From Alphaproteobacteria bacterium (GTDB taxonomy: Bacteria; Pseudomonadota; Alphaproteobacteria; MPNO01), in the NCBI GenBank assembly GCA_965248835.1, contig CBDFLJ010000001.1, forward strand, positions 128,001 to 192,000: a DNA stretch of 64,000 bases. Direction: 5' to 3'. A model generated the notes under the pieces. The model did not search any database, had not been told where the DNA came from, and worked only from the letters and a program-made list of their open reading frames with translations. Positions 9,993-19,410 of the stretch are shown here, piece by piece (position 1 is the stretch's first letter; every line of letters starts with the position of its first letter). The translations under genes and the position numbers were made by a program.

Positions 9993-11023
9993 CCGGACCA
10001 TTGTTCGAACGGCTGGAGATCGGGCTCTACAGCGTCTCCTCGACCGCGGACAACCGCGCCGTTGCCGAGAAGGCCGAGGCGCGGGGCATCCGGCGGCTGT
10101 GGCTCGCCGAGGACCACCACAGCCGGGATATCTTCGTCCAGGCGACCGCGATCGCCGTGGCCACCGAGTCGATCGAAATCGGGCTCGGCATCGTCAATCC
10201 CTACACCCGGCACCCGGCGCAGATCGCCATGGCGGTGGCCGATCTGGAGGAGCTGGCCGGGCCGCGCTTCGTCCTGGGACTCGGCGCCGGCTGGTCGGCG
10301 ATCGCCGCCCATGGCGTGGCGAACCCACGCCCCATCACCGCGCTGAAGGAGACCGCCGCGATATGCCGGGGAATGCTGCGCGGCGAGCGCGTGGCCTTCG
10401 AGGGCGCGCTCTACCGCCTGCCCGCACCCGGTGCGCGGCTCACCTTCCCGCCGGCGCGGCCCGACGTGCCGCTCTATTTCGGCACCATGGGGCCGCGGAC
10501 CCTGAGGATGGCCACCCCGATCGCCGACGGCGTTTTCTTCAGCGTCTTCACCAGCCCGTCCTTCGCCGGGCATTGCCTCGACCATGCCCGCGCGGCGCTC
10601 GCCGGCACCGGCCGCACGATCGCCGACATCGATGTCGCCTGCTACATCATCTTCTCGGTCGACGAGGACGGCGATGCCGCGCGGCAAGCGGCCAAGCCGT
10701 TGATCGCCCACTATCTCAGACGGATCCCGGACATCATCCGCTTCGAATACGCCGGGCTCGACGTTTCGCGCATGCAGGCGCTGCAGGCCGGGCTCAAGGA
10801 AGCGTTCGCCGAGGACCGGTTCGGCCAGGCGGTCGATGCCCTGCCGGATGACATCGTGGCCGCGCTCGCGGTCGCCGGCACCCCGGATGAATGCATCGAA
10901 GGCCTCAAGCCTTACGCCGCCGCCGGGCTCAAGACCCCGGTGCTCTACCAGGTCCTCGGCCCGAACCGCATGGATTCGATCGATCTGATCGCAGACCGCA
11001 TCCGGCCGGCGCTGGTCGGCTGA
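9989..11023 (+). CDS. LLM-class flavin/F420-dependent oxidoreductase
   Basis: WLAEDHHSRD, GIVNPYTRHPA, RFVLGLGAG, ADGV, AGTPDEC; ATGA overlap with tctA. Confidence 0.88.
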   Translation: MTGPLFERLEIGLYSVSSTADNRAVAEKAEARGIRRLWLAEDHHSRDIFVQATAIAVATESIEIGLGIVNPYTRHPAQIAMAVADLEELAGPRFVLGLGAGWSAIAAHGVANPRPITALKETAAICRGMLRGERVAFEGALYRLPAPGARLTFPPARPDVPLYFGTMGPRTLRMATPIADGVFFSVFTSPSFAGHCLDHARAALAGTGRTIADIDVACYIIFSVDEDGDAARQAAKPLIAHYLRRIPDIIRFEYAGLDVSRMQALQAGLKEAFAEDRFGQAVDALPDDIVAALAVAGTPDECIEGLKPYAAAGLKTPVLYQVLGPNRMDSIDLIADRIRPALVG

Positions 11024-11035
11024 GGCGCTGCCGGT

Positions 11036-12073
11036 CTATTCCGCCGCCGCCGCGCGCCGCGCAGGCGCGGCGGTGAGCACGCGGTCGTGCAGCGCGCGGC
11101 CGGCGATCTGGCCGGCGTCGGCGTTGACATCGATCTTCCACGGCTCCGGGCTGCCCAGCATCGATTGCTGCTGGGCCTCCAGAGCGATGAAGTCCTCGCC
11201 ATAAGCGGCGTCGACGGCGGCCTTGATCCGCCGGCTGGTTTCCGCGTCGTCCTTGCGGTAGTTGCGCGCGAACACCCAGGCATAGAGCGAGGTCGTCTCG
11301 TCGACCGGGGTCAGCGTGATCGCGAGCCGGGCCGCGATCGGGTCGACCCGGCTTCCTTGCGGCGCGCCGGTGCCGGTCGCCGCCACGCCGATGTCGAAGA
11401 AGGTGTGCGACGGCGGCCTGTAGGTGGTGATCTGCCAGCGGTCGCAGCCCGCGTTCCGGCCGATCGCCTCGGCCCAGAACGGTCCGGGGTCGACATCGAT
11501 CATCCAGCGCTCGACCGTCACGCTGTCCGCGCGCCTGGTTACGGTGATCGGGTTGTCGGTGATCGCCTCGGCACCCAGCGTGGAGGCGTGGACGTAAGGC
11601 AGGTGCGTCAGATCGAGCAGGTTGTCGATCGACAGCATGTAGTGGCACCTGACCTCGGCCGCGCCGCCGACCGCCGGCCAGTCCGGATCGCTGTTCCAGT
11701 GGTAGTCGGGGATCGCCGCCGGATCGGCCAGGGCAGGATCGCCCATCCAGATCCAGATGAACAGGTCGCGCTCGACCACCGGATAGGCCTTCACCGCTGC
11801 GCCGGGCGGGATCCTCGACTGCCCGGGCACCGCGACACAGGCTCCGGTCGCATCGAACTCGAGCCCGTGATAGCCGCATTGCAGGCGGTCCCCGATCAAC
11901 CGGCCGAGCGACAGCGGCAGACCGCGGTGGCAGCAGCGGTCGGTCAGCGCGGCCGGGGTGCCCGCGGCGGTGCGGAACAGGACGACCGGGTCCTTGCAGA
12001 TCGTCCGGGCGAGCAGGGCCCGGCCGAGATCCTCGGCGAGCGCGGCGGCGTACCAGGCATTGCGCAGAAACAT
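11036..12073 (-). CDS. Rieske non-heme iron oxygenase, VanA-like
   Basis: MFLRNAWY, DRCCHR..CGYHG Rieske motif, DNLLDLTHLPYVH iron site. Confidence 0.9.
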   Translation of the reverse strand: MFLRNAWYAAALAEDLGRALLARTICKDPVVLFRTAAGTPAALTDRCCHRGLPLSLGRLIGDRLQCGYHGLEFDATGACVAVPGQSRIPPGAAVKAYPVVERDLFIWIWMGDPALADPAAIPDYHWNSDPDWPAVGGAAEVRCHYMLSIDNLLDLTHLPYVHASTLGAEAITDNPITVTRRADSVTVERWMIDVDPGPFWAEAIGRNAGCDRWQITTYRPPSHTFFDIGVAATGTGAPQGSRVDPIAARLAITLTPVDETTSLYAWVFARNYRKDDAETSRRIKAAVDAAYGEDFIALEAQQQSMLGSPEPWKIDVNADAGQIAGRALHDRVLTAAPARRAAAAE

Positions 12074-12156
12074 CGGCGCTCTCCATACTGGGCGGTCGCG
12101 GCGATTCTGGCCCCGGAATCCGGGCGGGCGCAAGCTATTTGACGGGGAGGCGATCG

Positions 12157-13839
12157 GTGTCCGAGCACGACCTGGTCCTCTACAACGGACGCATCATCAC
12201 GTTGGACGGCGCTTCGCGCATCGCCCGGGCGGTCGGCGTGCACGAGGGCCGCATCGCCGCGGTCGGCGAGGACGCGCCGATCCTGGCGGACGCGGGCCCG
12301 CACACAAGGCACGTCGATCTCGCCGGCGCGGCGGTCACGCCCGGCATCTTCGACGCCCATCCCCATATGGATCGCGAAGGGCTGAAGCGCCGGGGCGGGC
12401 ATCCGATCCGGGGGTTGGGCTCGGTGGCCGAGATCTGCGAGGCGGTGCGCGCCGCCGCGGCGCGGACACCGGCCGGCGAATGGATCCTCACCATGCCGAT
12501 GGAGCTCGAGCCCGAAGACGGCATGCCGCGCTATGTCAGCGCGCCGGACGACCTGGCCGAGGGCCGATTCCCCGACCGCCGCGACCTCGACCGCGCCGCA
12601 CCGGACCACCCGGTCCTGATCCGCGGCGTCTGGGGCTGGTGGTCCAAGCCGCCCTTCCCGAGCGTGGCCAATTCACGGGCCCTGGCGCTTGCCGGGATCG
12701 ATCGGGACACAAACGCGCCCTATCGGAGCGAGATCCTCAAGGATGCGGCGGGCGAGCCGACCGGGGTGATGCTGGAGACCAACCGCGCGCCGATCCTCGA
12801 ATACACGCTGCTGGGGTGCGTGCCCCGCTTCACCTTCGAGGACCGGATTGCCGCGGCGCGCATCGGCCCCAAGCTCTACAACGCCGTGGGGACCACTGCG
12901 GGGTACGAGGGCCACGGGCTGACCCCTGCCCTGATCGAGGCCTATCGCCGGGCCGCGGAGTCGGGCGACCTGTCGGTCCGGCTCACCACGACCCTGAGCG
13001 TGCCGTCCGCGGTGATGAACGATGCCAGGGTCGCGGACTTGCTCCATCAATGGGCCGGGCGCATCGCGGCGCCGGGCAGGCGCGAGGGCAATCTGGTCAC
13101 CGACGGCATCTGCCTCGACTTCGGCGATCCCGACGTCGCGCGGATCATTGCCGCCGGCTACCCCTACGAGGCCTGGGCCGGCCATTTCAGCCAGTCGGTC
13201 GCGCCCGGGCGGTTGGTCGCCGTCGCGACGCTGGCCGCGCGGCTGGGCATCCGTTTGGCGTGCATCTGCTATGACATCGAGGCCTTGCTCCAGGCCTACG
13301 AGGCGGTCGACCGAGAGGTGCCGATCAGAGACCGCCGCTGGGTGATGATGCACCTGACCCGGGCAAGCGATGACCAGATCCGCCGGATCAAGGCGCTCGG
13401 CGTGATCGTGACGATGACGCCCAACTTCATGTATCACGCGACCACGCGGCTGGGCCTGGCCGAGCTTGGCGCCGAAGGCACGCCGATCCGCCGGGTGATC
13501 GATGCCGGAATCCCCGTCGCGCTGTCTTCGGACAACGTACCGGTCTCGATGTTCTGGGCGATGTGGTCGGCGCTGACCCGCTATTCCGGGGACCTCGGCG
13601 AGCGGCTGGGCGAGTCCGGCCTGGAGCGCGAGGAGGTGCTGCGGCTGATCGCCCAGACCGGCCACGTCCTGACCTGGGACGAGCACCGGCGCGGCGCGAT
13701 CGCGCCGGGCATGGACGCCGATCTCGCCGTGCTCGACCGCGACCCGCTTGCCTGCCCCGAGGACGAGATCAAGGACATCACGGCCTCGCGCACCTTCCTC
13801 GCCGGGCGCGAGGTCACTGGTTCGCGATCACCGCCTTGA
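12157..13839 (+). CDS. Amidohydrolase-3 (YtcJ/NfdA-like) metallohydrolase
   Basis: NGRIITLD, PGIFDAHPH, GEPTGV, LSSD, GAIAPGMDADLAVLDRD. Confidence 0.85.
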   Translation: MSEHDLVLYNGRIITLDGASRIARAVGVHEGRIAAVGEDAPILADAGPHTRHVDLAGAAVTPGIFDAHPHMDREGLKRRGGHPIRGLGSVAEICEAVRAAAARTPAGEWILTMPMELEPEDGMPRYVSAPDDLAEGRFPDRRDLDRAAPDHPVLIRGVWGWWSKPPFPSVANSRALALAGIDRDTNAPYRSEILKDAAGEPTGVMLETNRAPILEYTLLGCVPRFTFEDRIAAARIGPKLYNAVGTTAGYEGHGLTPALIEAYRRAAESGDLSVRLTTTLSVPSAVMNDARVADLLHQWAGRIAAPGRREGNLVTDGICLDFGDPDVARIIAAGYPYEAWAGHFSQSVAPGRLVAVATLAARLGIRLACICYDIEALLQAYEAVDREVPIRDRRWVMMHLTRASDDQIRRIKALGVIVTMTPNFMYHATTRLGLAELGAEGTPIRRVIDAGIPVALSSDNVPVSMFWAMWSALTRYSGDLGERLGESGLEREEVLRLIAQTGHVLTWDEHRRGAIAPGMDADLAVLDRDPLACPEDEIKDITASRTFLAGREVTGSRSPP

Positions 13840-14110
13840 CGATGTCGCGCCCGACGACCATGGCAGCCGTGTCCTCGCGATAGGCGGCCATGTAGTCGGT
13901 CTGCATGTGATGGTCGACCGCCGCCTGGTCGTCATAGACCTCGTAGAGCCGGACGACGTCGGACGTCCCATCGGGGACAACGATGTCGAACCGCTGGCAG
14001 CCCGGCTCGTTCTTCAGGACCCGCTCGCGGTGCTGCCTTCCACGTGCGATGAAGCCATCACGCTGGCCTTCGGCGATCTTCAATTCGACTAGTAGGACGA
14101 CGGCGCTCAT
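13814..14110 (-). CDS. ABM-domain protein (putative quinol monooxygenase)
   Basis: NEPGCQRFD..LYEVY.D..AVDHH. Confidence 0.85.
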   Translation of the reverse strand: MSAVVLLVELKIAEGQRDGFIARGRQHRERVLKNEPGCQRFDIVVPDGTSDVVRLYEVYDDQAAVDHHMQTDYMAAYREDTAAMVVGRDIVKAVIANQ

Positions 14111-14251
14111 CCGGCCCCTCCCTTTGTCCGTTGGTTCCCGCACCCAGTCTATTCACCGGGCGCCGGCTTGCCCAACACCTGCTTTGCGGTCACGCACGGT
14201 GCAAGAGATTCTACTTGCCCGCTTGCGGGTGCACCTTAGAGGGGGGAGACG

Positions 14252-15271
14252 ATGTCGCGAGGCGCAATCGCAACCGCCGCATGCATCGCCCTGGCCGCGA
14301 CGACGGCCGGGGCGGTATCGGCCAAGACCTGCAAGCTGTCGGCGTTCACGCCCAGGGGCCAAGTGATGTGGGACCAGTACCCGGCCCAGTTCTCCAAGAA
14401 GATCGCGCTGGTTACCGACGGCCAGATCAAGGTCAAGCCCTATCCCTGGGGCGCGCTGGCCAGTGGGTTCGATGGCCACAAGGCGGTCATGGACGGCCGC
14501 GCGGACATGGCCTACCACTACGGCGCCTTCGAGGTGAACCAGAACCCCGAGGCGGTGTTCATCGGCGACATCCCCGGCGGCATGGGGCCGGAGGCCAAGC
14601 TCCAGTGGCTGTTCGAAGGCGGCGGCGAGCAGCTGTGGGTGGAATACCGCCATTCGCGCGGCCAGCACGGCATGTTCTGCGACATCATGGGCTCGGAGCT
14701 GTTCTCCAACTCGCACAAGCGGGTCCAGACCCTGGCGGACTTCAAGGGCTACAAGTACCGCACCGCCGGCGCCACCACCGCGGTGATGCGGGCGCTCGGC
14801 GCGGCGCCGAACCTGGTGCCGGGACCCGAGGTCTTTACCATGCTGGAGCGCAAGGCGATCGACGGGACCGAATACCTGACGCCGTTCGGCAACATCCAGC
14901 CCGGCTTCGTCAAGGTCGCCAAATGCGTGATCTATCCCGGCATCCACGCGCCGTCGGCGCTCCAGGAGCTGATCATGTCGAAGAAGACCTGGGACGGCAT
15001 CTCCAAGACCAACCAGGAGAAGATCCGGCTGGTCCGCGATTCGATCATCGTCCGCGCGCACGCCCACATCACCCACCGCGACATGATGGCCATGAAGAAG
15101 GTCAGGGACGCCGGAGGCAACGAGATGGTCGAGCTCGACTCGTCGGTGATCAAGGCCTTCCACAAGGCCGGCCGCGACTGGGCCGAGGCGAAGAGCAAGG
15201 AGCAGAACGCCAAGGGCAATCCGTGGATGGAGCGCTTCGCCAAGAGCTTCTACGGCTACATGGACACCTGA
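14252..15271 (+). CDS. dctP: TRAP transporter substrate-binding protein (DctP/TakP-like); last ~13 residues probably lost to a 1-nt deletion
   Basis: Signal peptide; TDGQIKVK, DFKGYKYRTAG, EVFTMLERKAIDGTE; shifted frame continues TRNSRHRVSDYE* to 15309. Confidence 0.85.
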   Translation: MSRGAIATAACIALAATTAGAVSAKTCKLSAFTPRGQVMWDQYPAQFSKKIALVTDGQIKVKPYPWGALASGFDGHKAVMDGRADMAYHYGAFEVNQNPEAVFIGDIPGGMGPEAKLQWLFEGGGEQLWVEYRHSRGQHGMFCDIMGSELFSNSHKRVQTLADFKGYKYRTAGATTAVMRALGAAPNLVPGPEVFTMLERKAIDGTEYLTPFGNIQPGFVKVAKCVIYPGIHAPSALQELIMSKKTWDGISKTNQEKIRLVRDSIIVRAHAHITHRDMMAMKKVRDAGGNEMVELDSSVIKAFHKAGRDWAEAKSKEQNAKGNPWMERFAKSFYGYMDT

Positions 15272-15372
15272 CGCGGAATTCGCGCCACCGCGTGAGCGAC
15301 TACGAGTAGACGCGGAACAAGCGGGCGGGACTTGCGGGTCCCGCCCCGTCCATCGGCCTTGAAAGCCGGCCC

Positions 15373-15545
15373 ATGGTTCTTCGTGCCTGCGCCTGGATCG
15401 ACCGGATCACCCGCATCGTCGCCGTCGCGGCAATGTCGCTGTTCCTCGCGCTGACCTCGGTGTCGATGTGCGGGGTGTTCGCGGCGACCACCGGGATCGT
15501 CGGTGCGGTGGAGAGCGTCGTCGGCATGATGGCGATCCTGCCGAT
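15373..15545 (+). pseudogene. Fused dctQ N-terminus / dctM internal fragment (deletion scar)
   Basis: MVLRACAWIDRITRIVAVAAMSL (DctQ-like start) joined to GVFAATTGIVGAVESVVGMMAILPM (DctM-like motif). Confidence 0.6.
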
Positions 15546-15822
15546 GGACCGGGACGAGATCCAGGCCCGGCTCGCCGACAAGCTGATCACGACCGCGACC
15601 GCGCTGGCAAGGCTGCCGGGCACCGGGGCCTTGACCGCGCACAATCCCCGGCATATCTGCCAGGGTGCCCACCAGGGCTTGGTGTGGGTCCTCAATCCGG
15701 TCGAGAGACACGATGATCAATCACCGCAGCGCGCCGATCGAAGGCATGGCGCCGGCACCGTGGCCGAATGCGCCGGTGCGATCGGACGCGGCGCGCGACA
15801 TGAGGCCTTAGCCATTTCCGTC

Positions 15823-16836
15823 ATGGTCTTGCAGGGCAATGCGCCGCGCCGCGTAACCGCGGCCTGGCTCTATGGCTGTGCCGCGATGGTCTTCGCGATG
15901 GTCGTCCTGGGCGGGCTGACGCGGCTCACCGGCTCGGGCCTGTCGATGGTCGACTGGCAGCCGGTCGCCGGGATCCTGCCGCCGATGGATGCGGCGGCCT
16001 GGCAGGCCCTGTTCGACCAGTACAAGACCTCGCCCGAATTCCGGAGGGTCAACTTCTGGATGACGGTCGATGACTTCCGCTCGATCTTCTGGCTGGAGTT
16101 CCTCCACCGGCTGTGGGGCCGGCTGATCGGCCTGGTCTTCGGCCTGCCGCTGGTCTATTTCCTGATCCGCGGCTGGATCGGCTGGGCGCTCGGGCTCCGG
16201 CTGGTCGTGCTGTTCGTCCTGGGCGGCGCGCAGGGGCTGCTCGGCTGGTACATGGTCAAGAGCGGCCTGGTCGACCGGCCGGATGTGAGCCAGTACAGGC
16301 TTGCGGCACATTTGATGCTGGCGGTCGCGCTTTACGGATACCTGCTGTGGACCGCGCTCGGCATCGGTGCCCGTCGTGCCCGCCGGCCGCAATACCGCTT
16401 CCATCTCGGCCTGGTGATCACCGCGATCGCGCTGACCATGACCTGGGGCGCGCTTGTCGCCGGGCTCGACGCCGGCCACATCTACCCCACCTTTCCGCTG
16501 ATGGACGGAAGAGTCGTCCCCGCCGAGATCCTGACGATATCGCCCTGGCCGGCCGACCTGACCGAGAACGCCGCGACGGTCCAGTTCCTCCACCGTGTTC
16601 TCGCTATCACGCTGGTGGTCTTGGTGCTGGCGCTGTGGTGGCGGGGCCGCGGGGCCGAGTACCGCCGCACGCGCAGTCTGGACTGGCTCGCCGCCGTCGC
16701 GCTGATCCAGGCCGGGCTCGGGGTTGCGACGCTGCTCGCCGGCGTGCCGGCGGTGCTGGCGGTTGCCCATCAGGCCGGCGGGCTGGTGCTTTTGAGCATC
16801 GCGGTCCACGCCAACCACGTCTGGCAACGCGCTTGA
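15823..16836 (+). CDS. ctaA: Heme A synthase (COX15/CtaA)
   Basis: GGLTRLTGSGLSM, FWLEFLHRLWGR, GWYMVKSGL, YRLAAHL, QFLHR, AHQ. Confidence 0.93.
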   Translation: MVLQGNAPRRVTAAWLYGCAAMVFAMVVLGGLTRLTGSGLSMVDWQPVAGILPPMDAAAWQALFDQYKTSPEFRRVNFWMTVDDFRSIFWLEFLHRLWGRLIGLVFGLPLVYFLIRGWIGWALGLRLVVLFVLGGAQGLLGWYMVKSGLVDRPDVSQYRLAAHLMLAVALYGYLLWTALGIGARRARRPQYRFHLGLVITAIALTMTWGALVAGLDAGHIYPTFPLMDGRVVPAEILTISPWPADLTENAATVQFLHRVLAITLVVLVLALWWRGRGAEYRRTRSLDWLAAVALIQAGLGVATLLAGVPAVLAVAHQAGGLVLLSIAVHANHVWQRA

Positions 16837-16865
16837 CGCCGCCCCTGGGATCGTAAAGACTGCGT

Positions 16866-16926
16866 CCACGTGGTGATTTGGCCCGATCGGCTTGCGGCCA
16901 CGAAAAACAATCCGCTAAAAGGTCGG
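16866..16926 (+). ncRNA. SAM-II (SAM-alpha) riboswitch
   Basis: CGTGGTGATTTG..GGCTTGCGGCCACG.AAACAA..GCTAAA pattern in the metZ leader. Confidence 0.85.
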
Positions 16927-16935
16927 AGGACTCGC

Positions 16936-16969
16936 AAACCCGCCGACCGTCCGGTCGGGGGGTTTTTTG
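16936..16969 (+). terminator. Intrinsic terminator in the metZ leader (riboswitch expression platform)
   Basis: AAACCCGCCGACC-GTCC-GGTCGGGGGGTTTTTTG: hairpin plus U-tract. Confidence 0.75.
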
Positions 16970-16995
16970 TTATGTGCGCGGAAGGAAAGGACCGG

Positions 16996-18201
16996 ATGAT
17001 GGATGGGAATGCCGCGGGCGCTAGGCGGTGGCGGCGCCAGACGGAGATGGTGCGCGGCGGTCTGCTCAGGTCCCAGCACGGCGAGACCTCCGAGGCGATC
17101 TACGCGACCTCGGGTTATGTCTACGGCGCGGCCGAGGAAGCCGAGGATGCCTTCGCCAACCGCACCGAGCGGTTCATCTACTCGCGCTATGCCAACCCGA
17201 CCGTGGAGATGTTCCAGGAGCGCCTGCGCCTGGCCGAGAACGCGCCGGCGTGCTGGGCGACCGCATCGGGCATGTCGGCGGTCTTCGCTGCGATCATGTC
17301 GATGGTCAAGGCGGGCGATCACGTGGTCGGCGCGCGCGCGCTGTTCGGCTCCTGCCTCTACATCCTGACCGAAATCCTGCCGCGGATCGGGGTGGAGACG
17401 ACGATCGTCGAGGGGCCCGACCTCGAAGGCTGGGAGCGGGCGCTCGCCCGGCCGACGCGCTGCGTGTTCATCGAGACGCCGTCCAACCCGGGGCTCGACA
17501 TCTTCGACATCGCCGCGATCTCCGATCTTGCCCACCAGGCCGGCGCGCTGGTGATCATCGACAACGTCTTCGCCACCCCGGTCCTGCAGCGCCCGCTGGA
17601 GGCCGGCGCCGATATCGTGGTCTATTCCGCGACCAAGCACATCGACGGCCAGGGGCGCTGCCTCGGCGGGGCGATCCTGGGCAGCGAGGAATACTGCACC
17701 GAGATCGTCAAGCCGTTCCTGCGCCATACCGGCCCCTCGCTCAGCCCGTTCAACGCCTGGATCCTGCTCAAGGGCCTGGAGACGCTGGACCTGCGCATCC
17801 GCCAGCATTGCCGCAACGCGCGCCAGATCGCTGCTTTCCTGGAGGGCCAGAAGGGGCTCTCCAGGGTCCTCTATCCGGGCCTGGAGAGCCATCCCCAACA
17901 CGCGCTGGCGAAGAAGCAGATGAGCGATTTCGGCAGCGTGGTCACCATCGAGCTTGCCGGCGGCAAGGAGCGCGCGTTCCGATTCGTCAACGCGTTGTCG
18001 CTGATCGATATCTCCAACAATCTGGGCGATGCCAAGTCTCTGGTCACCCACCCGGCGACCACGACCCACCAGCGGCTGTCGCCGGCCGAGCGTGCCGGGC
18101 TCGGCATCACCGACGGGGTGGTGCGCATTTCGGTCGGGCTCGAGGATCCCGAGGACATCAAGGAAGACATAGAGGCCGCGCTGAAGGCGGCCGGGGCGTG
18201 A
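16996..18201 (+). CDS. metZ: O-succinylhomoserine sulfhydrylase
   Basis: YSRYANPT, ASGMSA, ETPSNP, DNVFATP, YSATKHIDGQGR (PLP lysine), NNLGDAKSL. Confidence 0.95.
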   Translation: MMDGNAAGARRWRRQTEMVRGGLLRSQHGETSEAIYATSGYVYGAAEEAEDAFANRTERFIYSRYANPTVEMFQERLRLAENAPACWATASGMSAVFAAIMSMVKAGDHVVGARALFGSCLYILTEILPRIGVETTIVEGPDLEGWERALARPTRCVFIETPSNPGLDIFDIAAISDLAHQAGALVIIDNVFATPVLQRPLEAGADIVVYSATKHIDGQGRCLGGAILGSEEYCTEIVKPFLRHTGPSLSPFNAWILLKGLETLDLRIRQHCRNARQIAAFLEGQKGLSRVLYPGLESHPQHALAKKQMSDFGSVVTIELAGGKERAFRFVNALSLIDISNNLGDAKSLVTHPATTTHQRLSPAERAGLGITDGVVRISVGLEDPEDIKEDIEAALKAAGA

Positions 18202-18275
18202 GCGTCCGGTGCTTTTACGGCCCGGGCAATGCCTTTAATATCCGTCGGCACCGATGCAAGCGTTGAGGAGCGCCC

Positions 18276-18668
18276 ATGTACACGGCCAAGACCAGGGAGA
18301 TCCGAGTTTCGGTCGAGCCCGCATATCTCGATGAGCAGTCCTCGCCGATCGATGGCCACTTCGTCTGGGCCTATCACGTCAAGATCGACAACGAGGGCGC
18401 CCGGACCGTCCAGCTTCTGAGCCGACACTGGAAGATCACCGACGGCATGGGCCGGATCCAGGAGGTGCGCGGCGCCGGCGTGATCGGCGAGCAGCCGGTC
18501 TTGCAGCCGGGCGAGAGCTTCGAATACACCTCCGGCACGCCGCTTCCGACGCCGTCGGGGATCATGCGCGGCACCTACGGCATGCAGGCGCTTGACGGCG
18601 AGCGGTTCGATATCGAAATTCCGGCGTTCTCGCTGGACAGCCCGCACGAGGCCCGGCGGGTCAACTGA
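18276..18668 (+). CDS. apaG: ApaG protein
   Basis: [27 protein letters not shown]. Confidence 0.95.
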   Translation: MYTAKTREIRVSVEPAYLDEQSSPIDGHFVWAYHVKIDNEGARTVQLLSRHWKITDGMGRIQEVRGAGVIGEQPVLQPGESFEYTSGTPLPTPSGIMRGTYGMQALDGERFDIEIPAFSLDSPHEARRVN

Positions 18669-18726
18669 GGACGGCCGTTCGAGGCATGATCCGGGCCAGC
18701 ACCCAACCAGAGGGAAGCGTCGCAAA

Positions 18727-19365
18727 GTGTCGTTCAAGCAAGTCAAGCTGTCGTCCCTCGTAACCGCCGAGAACCGTCCGAGCCTCGAAGAGGCCCGCGA
18801 GGCCGTGCGGACCCTGATCCGCTGGGCCGGCGACGACCCTGCCCGTGAGGGGCTGATGGACACGCCAGACCGGGTTGCGAGGGCCTATGGCGAATGGTTC
18901 TCGGGCTATTTCGAGGACCCTGAGGAAATCCTCGCCAAGACCTTCGAGGAGACCGAGGGCTACGACGAGATGGTGGTGCTGCGCAACGTGCGCTTCAACT
19001 CCCATTGCGAGCACCATATGGCGCCGATCATCGGCATTGCCCATGTCGGCTATTTGCCGCGTCGCCGCGTCGTGGGCATCTCCAAGCTTGCCCGGCTGGT
19101 GGAGGTCTATGCCAAGCGGCTGCAGATCCAGGAGAAGATGACCGCCCAGATCGCGCAGGCCGTCATGCATGTCCTCCAGCCCGAAGGGGTCGGCGTGGTA
19201 ATCGAGGCCACGCACGAGTGCATGTCGACCCGCGGCGTCGACAAGCCGGGCGCCACGCTGATCACCAGCCAGATGACCGGCCCGTTCCGCGAAGATCCCT
19301 CGACGCGGCGCGAGTTCCTGGCGGCGATCGGCAACCCCCGGATGGGCCAGTCCTTCTCGGCGTAA
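18727..19365 (+). CDS. folE: GTP cyclohydrolase I (start approximate)
   Basis: [38 protein letters not shown]. Confidence 0.95.
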   Translation: MSFKQVKLSSLVTAENRPSLEEAREAVRTLIRWAGDDPAREGLMDTPDRVARAYGEWFSGYFEDPEEILAKTFEETEGYDEMVVLRNVRFNSHCEHHMAPIIGIAHVGYLPRRRVVGISKLARLVEVYAKRLQIQEKMTAQIAQAVMHVLQPEGVGVVIEATHECMSTRGVDKPGATLITSQMTGPFREDPSTRREFLAAIGNPRMGQSFSA

Positions 19366-19410
19366 GCCGTCGAGGACGCCGGCCTGCGCCAGGATGGGCA
19401 GGGCCATAGG

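Noticed and set aside
8024-11023. 999-aa ORF suggesting a large LLM fusion protein
   Set aside because: The first ~655 aa are an off-frame shadow of tctB/tctA; the real gene starts at ATG 9989.
15373-16836. 487-aa extended heme A synthase
   Set aside because: The extension is a TRAP deletion scar plus intergenic DNA; CtaA similarity begins near 15823.
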